Position numbers and translations under genes: made by a program
Notes under the pieces: generated by a model
What the model was told of the DNA's origin: nothing
Databases searched by the model: none
What the model saw: only the letters and a program-made list of their open reading frames with translations
Shown here: in pieces, positions 26,113 through 38,636 of the stretch
Layout of the letters: each line of letters opens with the position of its first letter
Numbering within the stretch: position 1 is the first letter of the stretch
Origin: Camelus dromedarius
Taxonomy: Eukaryota
DNA length: 64,000 nucleotides
Assembly (NCBI RefSeq): GCF_036321535.1
Contig: NC_087436.1
Location: 94,366,001 to 94,430,000 of the forward strand
Direction: 5' to 3'

Positions 26113-26327
26113 CAGGGCCAGGATTAAGATGAAGTCACTCAACCAGGGGGTAATATTTAAGGGGTGCCAAAAAAATTCAGTAATCAAGACAAATAATATT
26201 TAATACAATATATTTAAAACTCAAAATTGGTGCAAAAACCCTATAAAAATATCAGGAATTTAAAAATAGATCAGTATTAGTAATTTTCTCTTTTGTCTCA
26301 GGCTCCAGTATAGCTAGGCATAGCACT
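26113..26327. mobile_element. MER96-like hAT DNA transposon
   Basis: cagggccagg...tttaaggggtgccaaaaaaattcagtaatcaagac...ctcaggctccagtatagctaggcatagcactg, with CAG...CTG termini. Confidence 0.7.
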
Positions 26328-26479
26328 GCTTGGCACTGCCATTGAGCAGAGTACGTGCAAAGAAAACTGCTTTCTGAATACTATTGATTTTTTTTTTTCA
26401 AGAAAGTTTGGATAGTGATGATTTAAATAAGTGTGGAAATCACCTCCACAATTTCCAAGATTAAGATGGCTGATCATTG

Positions 26480-26607
26480 GGGGTGGGGGTATAGCTCAGT
26501 GGCAGAGCATGTGTTTGGCATGCAGGATGCCCTGGGTTCAATCCTCAGTACCTCCATTAAAAAAATTAAAATAAATACCTAATTACCAACCCCCCCAAAT
26601 ACAGAGT
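26480..26607 (+). mobile_element. tRNA-Ala-derived SINE with perfect 19-bp TSD
   Basis: gggggtatagctcagtggcagagc...gggttcaatcctcagtacctcca (A- and B-box), A-rich tail, cctaattacc. TSD ttaagatggctgatcattg at 26461-26479 and 26608-26626. Confidence 0.93.
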
Positions 26608-26629
26608 TTAAGATGGCTGATCATTGACC

Positions 26630-28330
26630 TTTCTAACCTCTTCTTTTGAAAATTTCCTCCAAACACAATCAGAACAAGAAACAGAAACACAAATCCCATC
26701 TTTAATAAAACTAGGAAATATCTGTACCCCACAAATCCCAATATATGAAGACAAAAAGCAGATGGAGGGTTAGCAGAAAAGAGGAAGATCAGAGTTTGTT
26801 GGAGAACATCCTTAAGAAGCAAGACAACTCCCCCTAGGAAGGCTTAGGATTGAAGCGTGTAGTACCCGGGAAGGCAGTGGTAAGAATGAGGCATTGAAAG
26901 CAATGCTGGGTGTCTGAAAAGACTGGCAAAGCAGCAGTTGGAGCTACAAGCCCCTCCCCCACTCCCACCAGTCAGGCATTCACCCCTCCCCCACTCCGTC
27001 AGTACTTTATCTGGAGACAGGCTTCTGGGCAGCAACCAGCAGGAGGAGGGCAGGCATGAGGATTTGATGAAAGTCTGCGGACCGAACTGAGATGCCTCAG
27101 TCCCCTTACCTCACCCTGTGCTGCAGCGCCAACTGCCAGGTTTATCCTCCCCAAAAGCAGATTTGAGGCTCCTTCTCTTGATAAACTAAATTGCTACAGA
27201 GAAAATACCTACACACACTGACATTTGGGAGAACCACACCCACACCCACACCCACACCCTCAAGCCGGCAGACTACCCTCTTTAATCTAAAAATAAGCCC
27301 ACAAGCTGACAAGACCTGCCTACTCACACAGAGCTTCCAATCAGGCTTGCAGCCATTCATTTAAAAATCTGAACAAACATCCAAGGATCGTCAGATCTTT
27401 GAGGAAAGGTTCCAACCGTAAAGACAGAGACCAAAACAAATAAACCCGGGGCGGGGGAAGAACCCGGGAGAAGAGAAAACAGATAATGCAGATGGTAGAA
27501 GAACATTTCAAAAAGTAAATTGATATTCTCAGGGAGATAAGATTTTAGAACCATGAAAGTCTCTCAGGAAAGAAGGATGAAATAGGAGAGAGGGAGGAAA
27601 ATGAAAGGGAGGAGGGAGAAAAAGAGAACAAAATGTGCTTTTAGAAATTAAAAACGAGGACGAAGTAAAAAAGATAAGAAAATTAAAGGATTAAACTAGA
27701 GGCTCAACATCTAACTAAAAGAGTTTCCAAAAGAGAAAACAGTGGGTAAAAAATTATCAAGGAAATAGCACAAAAACATTTCCCAGAAATAAAGGCCAAG
27801 TCTCCAGCTTAAAAGGGCATATTAAATATACAAATATGAAATCATTATGCTGTATACCTAATATAACTAATATAATGTCATGTGTCAATTGTATCTCAAT
27901 TTTTTTTAAAAAAGAGCATACTGAGTGCCAAATATAATACATTTTAAAACAGCAACACAAAGACATATCAGCTTGAAATTTCAGAACACAAGAAAGATGA
28001 TTATAGAAGCCTTCAAAGAAAGAAAGAAAGAAAGAAAAGAAGGAAGGAAGGAAGAAAAGAAAGAAGACAATGGATCACTGACCTCAAAATTCTAAATTGG
28101 AAATGATTTTTAAGTTAGATATATTTAGACATGGATAGTATCAAAATGCTTATCTTCTTTGCAACGATTTGTCAGGATGCTATTGGAGGATGCACTCCAG
28201 CAAAATAAGAGAATAAACCAAGAAAGTGTAGGTCATCAGATCCAAAAAACTTCTATGTGATAGGTCTAGAAAGAAATCAGTACAGATCTGAGTCTGAAGA
28301 CAGACACCTCTAGAAGATAGGTCTATATGG
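26630..28330 (+). mobile_element. Very old L1/HAL1-like 5' region and ORF1 remnant
   Basis: Diverged ORF1-like stretch (aggctcaacatctaactaaaagagtttcc...aaaattatcaaggaaatagcacaaaaacatttcccagaaataaag...gaaatttcagaacac). Confidence 0.55.
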
Positions 28331-30455
28331 GAAGAAAATGGCAATGATAATGTGAAAATGGAATTCACAGGCATTTTACAGAGGGAGATGTGGGAGAAGT
28401 TTCTTTGAATTTAGAGGTTCAAAGAAAACTAAGCAGAGGGGGGAAAGGGGGGCTAGTGGGGACAGTTAATGTCATTATTCTGTACTTATAGGCTCAGTAG
28501 TAAATAATATAAATATGTAAAACATATTTACATTCTGGTGGTGTTGAAAACTCTGGAAAATTAGGGAGGAATTATTTTCCTAAATACAGAAAAACTTTCA
28601 TGCATAAAGATATGCCTTATAGTAATTAATCATAAAATCAAATATTGGAAACAATCTAAATGTCCAACAAGAGGAGAATGGTTAAATAAATTACCACACA
28701 TCACTTGCTGGAATTTAAATTAATAACATTACAGTCTTTTCTGCACACCAAGGGCTCATTAAGAACCTGCCTTGAGAGGAGCTTGTTAAATTGACAGGGG
28801 GATTGAGAAGAGAGTGAAAGTTGCTTGTGTGTTTCTGTTGTGGGAAACTAAAACTAAATGCCAGTAGAAATATCAATCAATCACGTAAATCCCAAAACAG
28901 GCAGCCTCAGAGCCCCACCTTGCTAGTATTTAGTATTGTCAGTAGGAAGTGAAAAACAGAAGGTAGATGTTTCGGTAAACCTGTGTCTCATGGCTTAGGG
29001 AAGAAAGACACAAGAATTAGTAGTACCATGATCTCAAAGTGGTACCACCCAGAAAGAGACAGATGATGGGGACAATGCTGACCGACCTCAAGAGTGGCCT
29101 GAATCACTGTGCAATAGGAAACAAGTGGGGAAAGATCTTGGAAATAGCCAAGAACAGAGGGCTCACATTTTCCTAGGGCCAGACCCTCAGCCAATCAAAG
29201 AAGCTACCCTTCTACCCCAGCAGCTGCAGACATGAAGTCCTGGCTGCTTCTGAACGGAGTCAATGAGGCAAGGAGGCAGGGGCCCTTGGAAAAGCTGCTG
29301 TTGACTTCAAGCCCCTGAGGCTCCAACGTCATCCGTCAGAACTCTGAGCCTTATGCAATAGGGCTGTTAGACGGTTTCAACCACAGTGCCCTAAATGCTT
29401 GAAAAACTGATCAACTTTGGTTCTACATTACCCACTAGCTCCCAAACAAGACAAACAAAGACACAATTTGAGAAGCACAAGAGTCTTTATTACATTTTCT
29501 TGTCTTAAGAATCTCATGAACCCATTGGTTTGAACCAAAGCCAGGAACAGAAACAGACAGAAGCAGGGAACCAGGAACAGAAAGCTATCACAAGCCAAAC
29601 CAAACACCCTCTTAGTCTCTAGTCTGTCTGTCTGTCTTTCTCCCTTTCTCCGATACTCCCTCCCTACCTCTCTCCCTCTTCATCCCTTTCTCCTTCCCTA
29701 CCTCCCTCCATCTTTTCCTCTCCCTCCCTGTCTTTCTTCTCTCTCTCTCTATGCCTTTCCCCCTCCCCTCGAGGACTCTCCCTCTGTTCTCTCCTTGGGT
29801 CTGCCTCATTCTTCCCCTTCTCCTACTAGTTGGCAAACCTTGAGAGGTAGTTTGTCTCCTGCTCAGACTGCTTTTACTTAAGAGAAACGTACCCCTTCCA
29901 CACTTTCTTCCTATTTTACTGAGTAAAATTCTCTGTGGTTTATAATATCAACTATTTTTGACCAATACTTTGAACTCACTAGCTCAAAATCTTGACTAGG
30001 TTTCATCCTGTGGTGCTTCCATAGCACTCTTACTCCTCTGATACAGAACTTAGCACATTCACTCTAATACCTGCCTCTCCCACTACTAGGACGGAGACAG
30101 GTACTCTTTTTCACAGTTGATCCTCAGCCTACTGGTATTTCTTCAAGGGACGACTGAAAGTGCTACCTCAAAGCTAAGTATGAAAACAACACTATCCCCA
30201 CCTCATCCCTGAAAATGTCTTGCTACTGTTGACTTCTCAGCCACTTTCTCTCATTTACTTTAGCACTTTTGACAACAGTCATTTTCTCTTAAAGCCAGTT
30301 TTCTGAGTTTTAACATCTACAAAGACCATCTATGCAAAGTTTGTCTTTGCAGTTTCTTGATATCCCCATCTTTCAACTGATTTCTTACTCCACCTCAGCC
30401 TCTCACACAAAGGATCATAAATCTACCTTCAAAATCATGCATTCAACCTTTCTAC

Positions 30456-30868
30456 CGTGGAAATAAATGGAGATCATCGAAATGAAAGCAGAGGCTTTTT
30501 ATTCAGAGATTGCAATGGCAAAGAAGTGAGACACCATCACTTGCTTTTGGCAAGCAGGAAAGCTTTATAGTTAAAAAAAGAGAGAGAAGACTTCAGGTAT
30601 GCTCTGGTCAGTGTTTGTTGGCATGGGGAAGCTGGTGGTGGGCTAGCTAGAAATGAGGTATGTTATACAAATGGTTTAGGGAGTACATTTGGCTTTCTCT
30701 TGTTCTGAGTTAGAAGGGAGGGCCAAAAAAGGGGAGGGGGTGACTGAGGAACTGGCAGTCATTGACCAAGTCCTGATCAATTTTGTGCCCATTGCTGCAG
30801 AGGTGGTTGTCAGTATTCTGTTGTCATATGTGGTTTGGTCATTGTCCATTTGTATATTCTGTCTTTCA
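30456..30868 (-). mobile_element. ERV1-class solo LTR with 4-bp TSD
   Basis: Minus strand begins TGAAAGACAGAATATACAAATGGAC. AATAAA on minus at 30498-30503. TSD ctac at 30452-30455 and 30869-30872. Confidence 0.8.
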
Positions 30869-31469
30869 CTACTCGTTAACCATAACCTTCAATGTTTACA
30901 GCTTACGTGTTCAATTATTCCCATTTTGATGTTTCTTCACCTTATCTTTGGACTTGTTGCCATCTGTCTTACTGAATTTTCAACTTTCTACTGAATATTT
31001 TCCTTCAATATTGAAATAAGATGTAGTCTGTCCCAACATAAATAGCAAAAACAAATGAACAACAAAAGCCCCATCTGAACTCCATCTCCCCACATTCCAA
31101 ATCAGGTCTCATTTCTCTACTACTCTTTGCAAGCAAACTTTTATATTTTTCTATACTTCCTTCCTATTATGGATACACCAAAAGCCTTATCCCCATCTCC
31201 TCTATCTCCTTTCCCTAAAGCAGTCATTATTCTCAAATTGATGTGTATCATTACCATCCTTGCATGTATTTGAACTTTACCATTAAGTTTGACTATACAA
31301 AATTTTAATACGTAATCTTTTTGAACTGTAAAATAAACAATTTCACTTTATTCACGCTACTATAAATTAACATAGCCCTAAACACTATATACTATGGATT
31401 TGTGTGTTAAAATTTTACATGAATATGTCACTATATATATTTGCAACTTGCTTCTTATCCATCATTATT

Positions 31470-32670
31470 TTCTTAAGTTTTAATTTTGAAATAATTATGG
31501 AGTCACAGGAAGTTGCAAAGATAGAGAGATCCTGTATACCCTTCATCCAGTTTCCCCCCAAATTACATTTTACTTAACTATAGCACAATATTAAAACCAG
31601 GAAATTGACATCAGTACAATGTGTGTATATAGCTCTATGCCATTTTATCACATGTGTAGATTTTTGTAACTACTATTACAATAGAACTTTCTATTACCAC
31701 AAAGATTTCCCTTGTGCTACCCTCTTATAGTGACACATATCCACCACACAAGCCCTGACAACCACTAATTTATATTCCATCTCTATAATTTTGTCATTTC
31801 TACGAAGTTGTATAAATGGAATCACTCAGTATGAATCCTTTTCAGTTTGGCTTTTTCACTCTGCATAATGCCCTTGAGATCCTTCTAAGTTGTTGCATAT
31901 ATCAATAGTTTGTTCCTTTTACTGCTGAGTATTTCATGGTATGGATGTACCACAGGTTATTTAACCATTCACCTACTGAAGAACATTTCACTGAGTTCCA
32001 GATGAAGGCTATTACAAATAAAGCTGCTATGAACATTCATGAACAGTTTATATGTGAACATAAATTTTCATTTCTCTAGTATAAACATCCAGGTGTGCAA
32101 GTGCTGGGTTGTGTGGTTAATGTATGTTTCGTTTTTTAAGGAACTGCCAAATTTGTTTCCAGTGTGTTGTATCACTGTGCATTCCCACAAGCAGTGAGTT
32201 GCTCAGCATTCTCACCAGCATTTGCTATTGCCACTATTTTTTTGTTTATTATATCTTTTCTAATAGATGTGCAGTGATATCTCATTATAGTCTTAATTTG
32301 CATTTCACTAATGGCTAGTGAAGTTAAACATCTTATTTGCATGAGTAAAGTATATCTTATTTGGTGAAAAGTCTCTTCATGTCTTTTACCAATCTTCTAA
32401 TTGGATTTATTTTTTAACTGTCAAGGATTCTTTGAATATTCCAGATACAAATCCTTTATCAGATATGTGGTTTGCAAATCAGAGCAAAAGCTTTTAATTT
32501 TAACAAGTCCAACTTATCAAAAAATTTTAAATGGAGCATGCATTTGGTGTCATATCTAAGAATTCTTCATCGAGGCAGCTTAGGTTCCTAGTTTTCTGTT
32601 TCAGGTAGACGTTTATAAGTTTTACATTTTACTTTTAATCTGTGATCTGTTTTGAGTTAATTTTTACATT
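31470..32670 (-). mobile_element. Old L1M (L1MC-like) 3' region
   Basis: ttttgaaataattatggagtcacaggaagttgcaaagatag...aaataaagctgctatgaacattc...ggaactgccaaa. Confidence 0.8.
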
Positions 32671-34867
32671 TATCCATGTTGATACCTATAATGTTAGTCC
32701 ATTTATTTTTATTACATTTTAGAATCCCATTGTATGACTGTCACAGTGTATCTATCCTTTGCCATAGTAGGAGACAGTCCAATTTTTCCACAATGAGTAC
32801 TGCAGTGATTATCTTTGTTCATTTGATGAAATATTATTTTGTGCATACCATTCACTTCTCAACTCATTCCATCAACTTCTCTTGCTAAATTTAACCATTG
32901 CTTTTCATTTTCATCTTGATCACTCAAAAACTTTTGACTTTTTGACAGCTTTCCAGTGAAACATCTCTTTTCTCTTGAATTTCCATTACAACACACACAT
33001 TTGGTTTTCCTCCTGCTTCTGTGCTCATTATTTTTCAGTTTTCTTTTGGACCTTCTTCTTTATCCAGCCCTTCAATGTTAGGCTCTTCCAGGTGCAGTCA
33101 TTAACCTTCTCTTCTTGACACTCTGTATATTCTTTCTTTACACTATACATTCCATCCACTTCAGTGGTTTCAGTATCAATTTTGTTTCTTTACACAAGAT
33201 TTCTCTTCTGAGCTCCAGATCACTGTCTCTTACTCCCAACTCAACATCTCCACTCAGACATCACATATTTGGTCATCTCAAAACTTAATACTGCCAAAAC
33301 CATATTCATGATGATCGCTTGCAAACCTCGTCTGCCTCCACTGTCCCTCTCTTGGCAAATAACATCATTCAGCCACTTGTCTGTACCAGAAACCTGGGAT
33401 TCATTCTCTCCTTTTTCTTTACCACTTTTATACAATTAATAATCTATAGGACTCGTTAGTCCTATAGATCCTACTTTCTACACAAATCTGTAATCTATAC
33501 ACTTACTTCTCTGGTAAGTGATACCACTTCAAGTTGTCAATCATGTCTTTTTACTCCATGTCCTTCATAAACCACTGCAATAACTTCTTAATTCATCCCT
33601 TTTCATTCACTCTTGCTTCACTTCAGTATATCTATACTGTCTTTTTAGTCATAAATCTAATTTTATGTTACTTTCCAAATTCTCCCACACCTTTGAGCCT
33701 TTGCATATGTTACTTTCTCTGCCTGGAATGCGATCTCCTTTCTCTTTGCATAGCTAACTTCTACTCATTCATCAAGCCTCAATTTAAATATCATTTCCTT
33801 AGTAATATCTTCAATAATCATTCCCAAACCAGATTATATTCCCCTTTACTTCTTCTTCATACAATTAAAACTTAAGTACTTCATTTGGATAATTATTTTA
33901 ATTTCTGTCTCCCCACTATGTGTCTTGCTGTTATATTTCAAACCCTCAGCACAGTGCTTGGCACATGGTAAATAAATATTTGTAGAAAGACTGTACTTTT
34001 TAACTGAAGTATAGGCAGTTTACAATGTTGTGTCAATTTCTGATGTACAGCATAAAGTTTCAGTCATACATATACATCCATATATTCCTTTTCATATTCT
34101 TTTTCACTATAGGTTACTACAAGATACTGAGTATAGTTCCCTGTGCTATATAGTAGAAACTTGTTATTTAAGGAATGTATATTTTAAGTGAATATTTGAG
34201 TAGCTGAGTGAATAAATGTTTGAATGAAACATCCAGAATCAAAAATATTTATATCACTGATTCACTAATCACTCTTCTGGGACTTATTCTATGTAAACAA
34301 TACAAATTACAGACAAAGCTTTGTATATAACCATCTTCACTGCAGCCTTATTTATAAAAACCAAATATACAGATGATCAAAATATCCAACGAAAGGAAAC
34401 ATAAGCATCCTAAAATGAGGTAATTTCTTTCAAAATCTAACTGATCATCAGAATCCTCTGAGGAATTTTTATAAAAATAGAGATTTCTGGGTCTCACTCT
34501 GGACCTACAAAATTAAGCTCTCTGTGAGTGGACACAGAAAAAATAAATAAATAAAACTCCATACATTCATCTGATGATGAGCCAGGCTCTGGAACCACTA
34601 GGTTTAATGGGAAGAATACAGATTCTGAAGTCAGACTAACCTTGCAGCTTACCAGCTCTGTAACCGAAGGCAAGTAAATTTTCAGAGTTCCTTGAGGCTC
34701 AATTTCCTCATCTGTAAACTACCAGTCCCTGGGGTTGAAATGAATAAAACTGGTGTCTGTAAAGTACACATACATTAAGTAATTGCTACTATTGTTAAGG
34801 TACATTGGCACTATAGAATATTATACACCTACTAAAATAAACTCTCTGAAAAAATTCTTGTTCTCCT

Positions 34868-35300
34868 ATGTATGAGTCAGTCAAAGTCCTAGAAGAAAGG
34901 ACATGGTACACTCAAATGGGGTAATCTGAGGGGATTTAATAAAGGGGTTATTTACAAAAGGTTTAGGGAAACCAGTAAGGATTATTGCAGAGCTTCAGGT
35001 CTGTCAACAGCTATTATCAATCCTACATCTGAAGGGAGGATCCCAGAAAGGGTAGCTGTGTGAGAGAGAAAGCCTCTGATAAGAGCTGGAACCTTCTGTA
35101 AAGGGACACAGCCAATGCAAAGCAATCCCTCAAAGAGGGAGTGGAAAGTAAATAACCTTGCCTGGTGGTCCTTATTGGTAATCCATATAGAAGAACCCAA
35201 TAGAACCCATTGATGGAGTCCTTATTGGTCAACCTCTGGGGACACAAAGTAGAATGGAGAAGGAAGAGGAGCGGATCTGGACTAAAGCAGGATATGAATC
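34868..35300. mobile_element. LTR33-like ERVL LTR
   Basis: tgtatgagtcagtcaaagtcc...atggtacactcaaatggggtaatctgagg...ggttatttacaaaagg resembles the recalled LTR33 end. Confidence 0.55.
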
Positions 35301-35929
35301 ATACACATAAGTATTCCAACTGTGTAAAAATATCCATAACAATTAGATTGTAAGTAAATACAGCATTATTTTAATATTGGTTGTTCTGGGGAAGTGGAAC
35401 TATAGATCACTTTTCCTACTCTTTCTAATTGTTTGAATGTTCTAAAGTTTCAACCATAAATAATAATTGTTAATATTTATTGAGCACTTACTGTTGTATA
35501 TATTATGTATATTAATACATTTCATCTTTGTAGCAACCTGCAAGGTAGGTACTATTACTATTTTCATTTTACAGACAAAGAAATTGCAGCTAGAGAGGTT
35601 AAGTGATTTATCCACAGTTACAAAGCCACAGCAAGTAAACTATGGAGCCATGTTTTAAATATAGGCATTCTGCTCTGGAGTCCTTGGTTTTACAAACTCT
35701 ACTATGTTATATTCACAGTAGGTAACAAGAAAGATTTTTACAAAGGAAAAAAATAAATAAGCTTGAATTTGTTTTAAAGAAAAACATTTTTACAGCACAT
35801 TTTCCTGGTATTCAATTAATATTTAAAATATCATATATAATATATATAATATTATGCATAATAAACATAGTAATGTATAAAAAATATTTATACCTTTGAT
35901 TCACTAATCTCACTTCTTCTTCTTCTTCC

Positions 35930-36365
35930 TTAGTAATAAAATCTCTGATTTTCATGTGGGATGAGGTCACCCAGAATAAAGACTACATTTTCCAAATCCC
36001 TGTGTAACTAGGTGAGGTCAAGGCTAAATTCTGGACAGTGAGAAGTAAGCAGAAGTTATGTGTACAATATCCAGAAAGTATTTTTGAAGAGAGTGGGTAA
36101 GCACTTCTCCCCTTTGTCCTTTCTGTTAGTTGGAATGAGGACATGATGACTGGAGGTTAAGCAGCCATCTTAGATCATGAGGTGAAAACCACATCTGATG
36201 TCTGAGTAAGCTGCAAAATAAGAATTTGTGAGGCCCCTACCAGCCCTGGAACATCCACCTCCAGACTTTTTTATAAGAGAGAAATGAACTTCTCTTTTCT
36301 ATAAGCCATTGTTTTTTGGAGAAGGTTTTCTATCAGTCATAGCTGAACCTCATCCTAGTTAATAC
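35930..36365 (+). mobile_element. Old MLT1-type MaLR LTR
   Basis: cccagaataaagactacatttt...gcagccatcttagatcatgagg...aagccattgttttt...catagctgaacctcatcctagttaatac. Confidence 0.65.
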
Positions 36366-36730
36366 CTTTACTTCCCTTCCTTTAATATTCTTTCTGCATA
36401 TTTATTTCCCTTCTTCCCTACTATGAGCCAGATACGTCTACTTTCTTCCTGTCCATCACTTTTCTTGCTTTCTTGTCCTTATTCCAATCAATGTTTATTG
36501 AGCAATGCTATCTACTAGGTTCAGGAGAAACAAAAATGCAGACAATTCTAATTCTACCATTTAGGCATTCATTAATAGTCTAATTAGGGGCAACTTGTAA
36601 GTAGGTGCAATACAGTGCAAAAAACACCATAAGGAGGCATCTACAAAAGACATGGAGAAAACGAGTAAGCTTCCCTGAAAGTCTTCCCTGACATGATTAA
36701 ATGACCCTTTTCTTTACACCTTAGCATTAA

Positions 36731-37362
36731 TGAGACAGGAGGGAAGTGGGCAGGGCACAGCCACTCAAGGAATGACAGCAGCCAAAATGGTGGAAGATTC
36801 ACCTCCTAGTTGGCCTTGAGGATTAAGAGGTTTGACTTCTAATAGACCTTGATCTTCATTTATATGCTCATTGTAACAGCGTGATCAAATAATATGCTCA
36901 CAGGCCCCATGACAGCCCCAAGGCTAATGCAAAAGGCCAAAGAATGGGCGGTGGCCCAATTCCTGGTAATCCCAGCCCCTTCCCCAGGGTAGTTGGACTG
37001 ATCCCGCCTGTAGGCGTGTGAAGCTACTGAGACCATAAAAAGTGACAACACCACACCTACTGGGGCTTTGTGCTCTCTTTCCCCTTTGGAGACGGCCCAC
37101 ACTCTGTCTTTGGAGTATGTACCTACTTTTACTTTAACCTGAGCACCCAATTCCCACACCTCTTTCCTTGCCTTTCTCTTGCCTTACACTCTACGCAGTG
37201 TGTACCTCTCTAAATAAATCTACCTTTACTCAACGGTGGCTCGGCACTTGAATTCTTTCCTGTGTGAAGCCAAGGACCCACACTGGCAGGGCACGTCCCA
37301 GGGGCTCAACTAAGACCTGGGACTCTGCCCTCCTCACGTCCCACATCCATTTTCCTGCATCA
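36731..37362 (+). mobile_element. Solo ERV LTR, copy 2 of 3
   Basis: Termini TGAGACAGGA...TCCTGCATCA, TATA-like cataaaa at ~37034, AATAAA at ~37213, several CpGs retained. Confidence 0.92.
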
Positions 37363-37877
37363 TCTCCATACTGAATAATTCTCAAGGATTTTTCTGGAAC
37401 TAAATCTGTATGTTTTAAACGAGAATCTTTTATCTTCTTTTCCTTTTTTTCTTTATATCAACTGTCTTTCTCCTTCTCTAGTGTGCTAAATGTTATACTG
37501 GTGACTTAACAAGACTGACATGAGATGGGTATTATTAGGCCGTTGGGCCTGCTCTTTTCCTTTTGGACCCAAAAACCTTAAAAGAGGAGGTGGATGTGAA
37601 ATTGATGTTTGTAGATATTGAGAGGCCTTAAAATATTGCAGGATGATAGAAAACCTGCAAATCAGTAATGTTAAAATATGGATCAATTAGTAGGTTTAGA
37701 ATCTTCTTCCTTTTTTAACTTTTTTTATCTGTATGTGCCATGCATATAACAACAGGTACTCAGAGGACTAAAATATTAAATAGAATATTATCTGTTCTCT
37801 CATGGCGTATAATGTACTTAATGGATAACAGTTAACCACAGAGTAAGGGCCAAAATAGAAGTTTAAAATGCTCCTTG

Positions 37878-38636
37878 GGAAGGAAGATATAGTGCAGTGG
37901 TAGAGTGCTTACTTAGCATGCACAAGGTCCTGGGCTCAATCCCCAGTACGTCTGGGATGGAAGGGGACAGGATGGAAGGGGACAGGGGACAGCCATTCAA
38001 GGAATGACAGCAATTTAGCACCAAAATGGTGGAAGATTCAACTCCTGGTTGGCCTTGAAGATTAAGTTGGCAGGAGGTTTGACTTCCAGTAGACCTTGAG
38101 CTTCATCAGATGCTCAATGTAACAGCGTGATAAATAACATGCCCACAAAAGGCCAAAGAATGGGCCATGGCCCAATAACTGGGAATCCCAGCCCCTTCCC
38201 CAGGGCAGTTGGAATGGTCCCACCTGTAGGCGTGTGAAGCTACAGAGCCCATAAAAACTGGCAACACCACTCCTGGCCGCCCTTTTTCACTCCCTCCTCT
38301 TCAGAGATGGCCTGCACTCTGTCTTTGGAGGATGCACCTACTTTACTTTAACCTGAGCACCCAACTCTCACACCTCTTTCCTTGCCTTTCTCTTACCTTA
38401 CGCTCTATGCAGTATGTATCTCTCCAAATAAATCTACCTTTACTCAACCATGGCTCACACTTGAATTCTTTCCTGCGCGAAGCCGAGGACCCACACCTGG
38501 CAGGCACGTCCAAGGGGCTCCACCAAGACGTGGAACATGGCTCTCCTCATGCCCCACATCCATTTTCCTGCATCACCTCCATTAAAATAATCAATAGGTA
38601 AATAAATAAAAACCTAATTATCTTACCCCTCAAAGG
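37878..38636 (+). mobile_element. tRNA-Ala-derived SINE split by an LTR (head 37878-37952, tail 38576-38636)
   Basis: Head gatatagtgcagtggtagagtgcttacttagcatgcacaaggtcctgggctcaatccccagta; tail cctccattaaaa...aacctaattatc. TSD aaatgctccttg (37866-37877) / aaattctccttg (38637-38648). Confidence 0.9.
37953..38575 (+). mobile_element. Solo ERV LTR, copy 3 of 3, inserted in the SINE
   Basis: TG...TCCTGCATCA termini, homologous to copies 1 and 2. 4-bp TSD cgtc (37949-37952) / cctc (38576-38579). Confidence 0.92.

Noticed and set aside
26485..26556. Functional tRNA-Ala gene (also the other five copies)
   Set aside because: Stem and anticodon-arm substitutions, A-rich tails and TSDs mark these as SINE insertions.
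28016..28065. (GAAA)n/(GGAA)n tract, also (AT)n ~22567, (GATA)n ~5018, (TTTG)n ~47290
   Set aside because: Ordinary microsatellites with no repeat-spacer structure; not a CRISPR-like array.
36731..38575. Two LTRs flanking ~590 bp as one deleted provirus or TRIM-like element
   Set aside because: No primer-binding site after the first LTR and no polypurine tract before the second. The second LTR has its own 4-bp TSD inside a SINE, so the insertions are independent.
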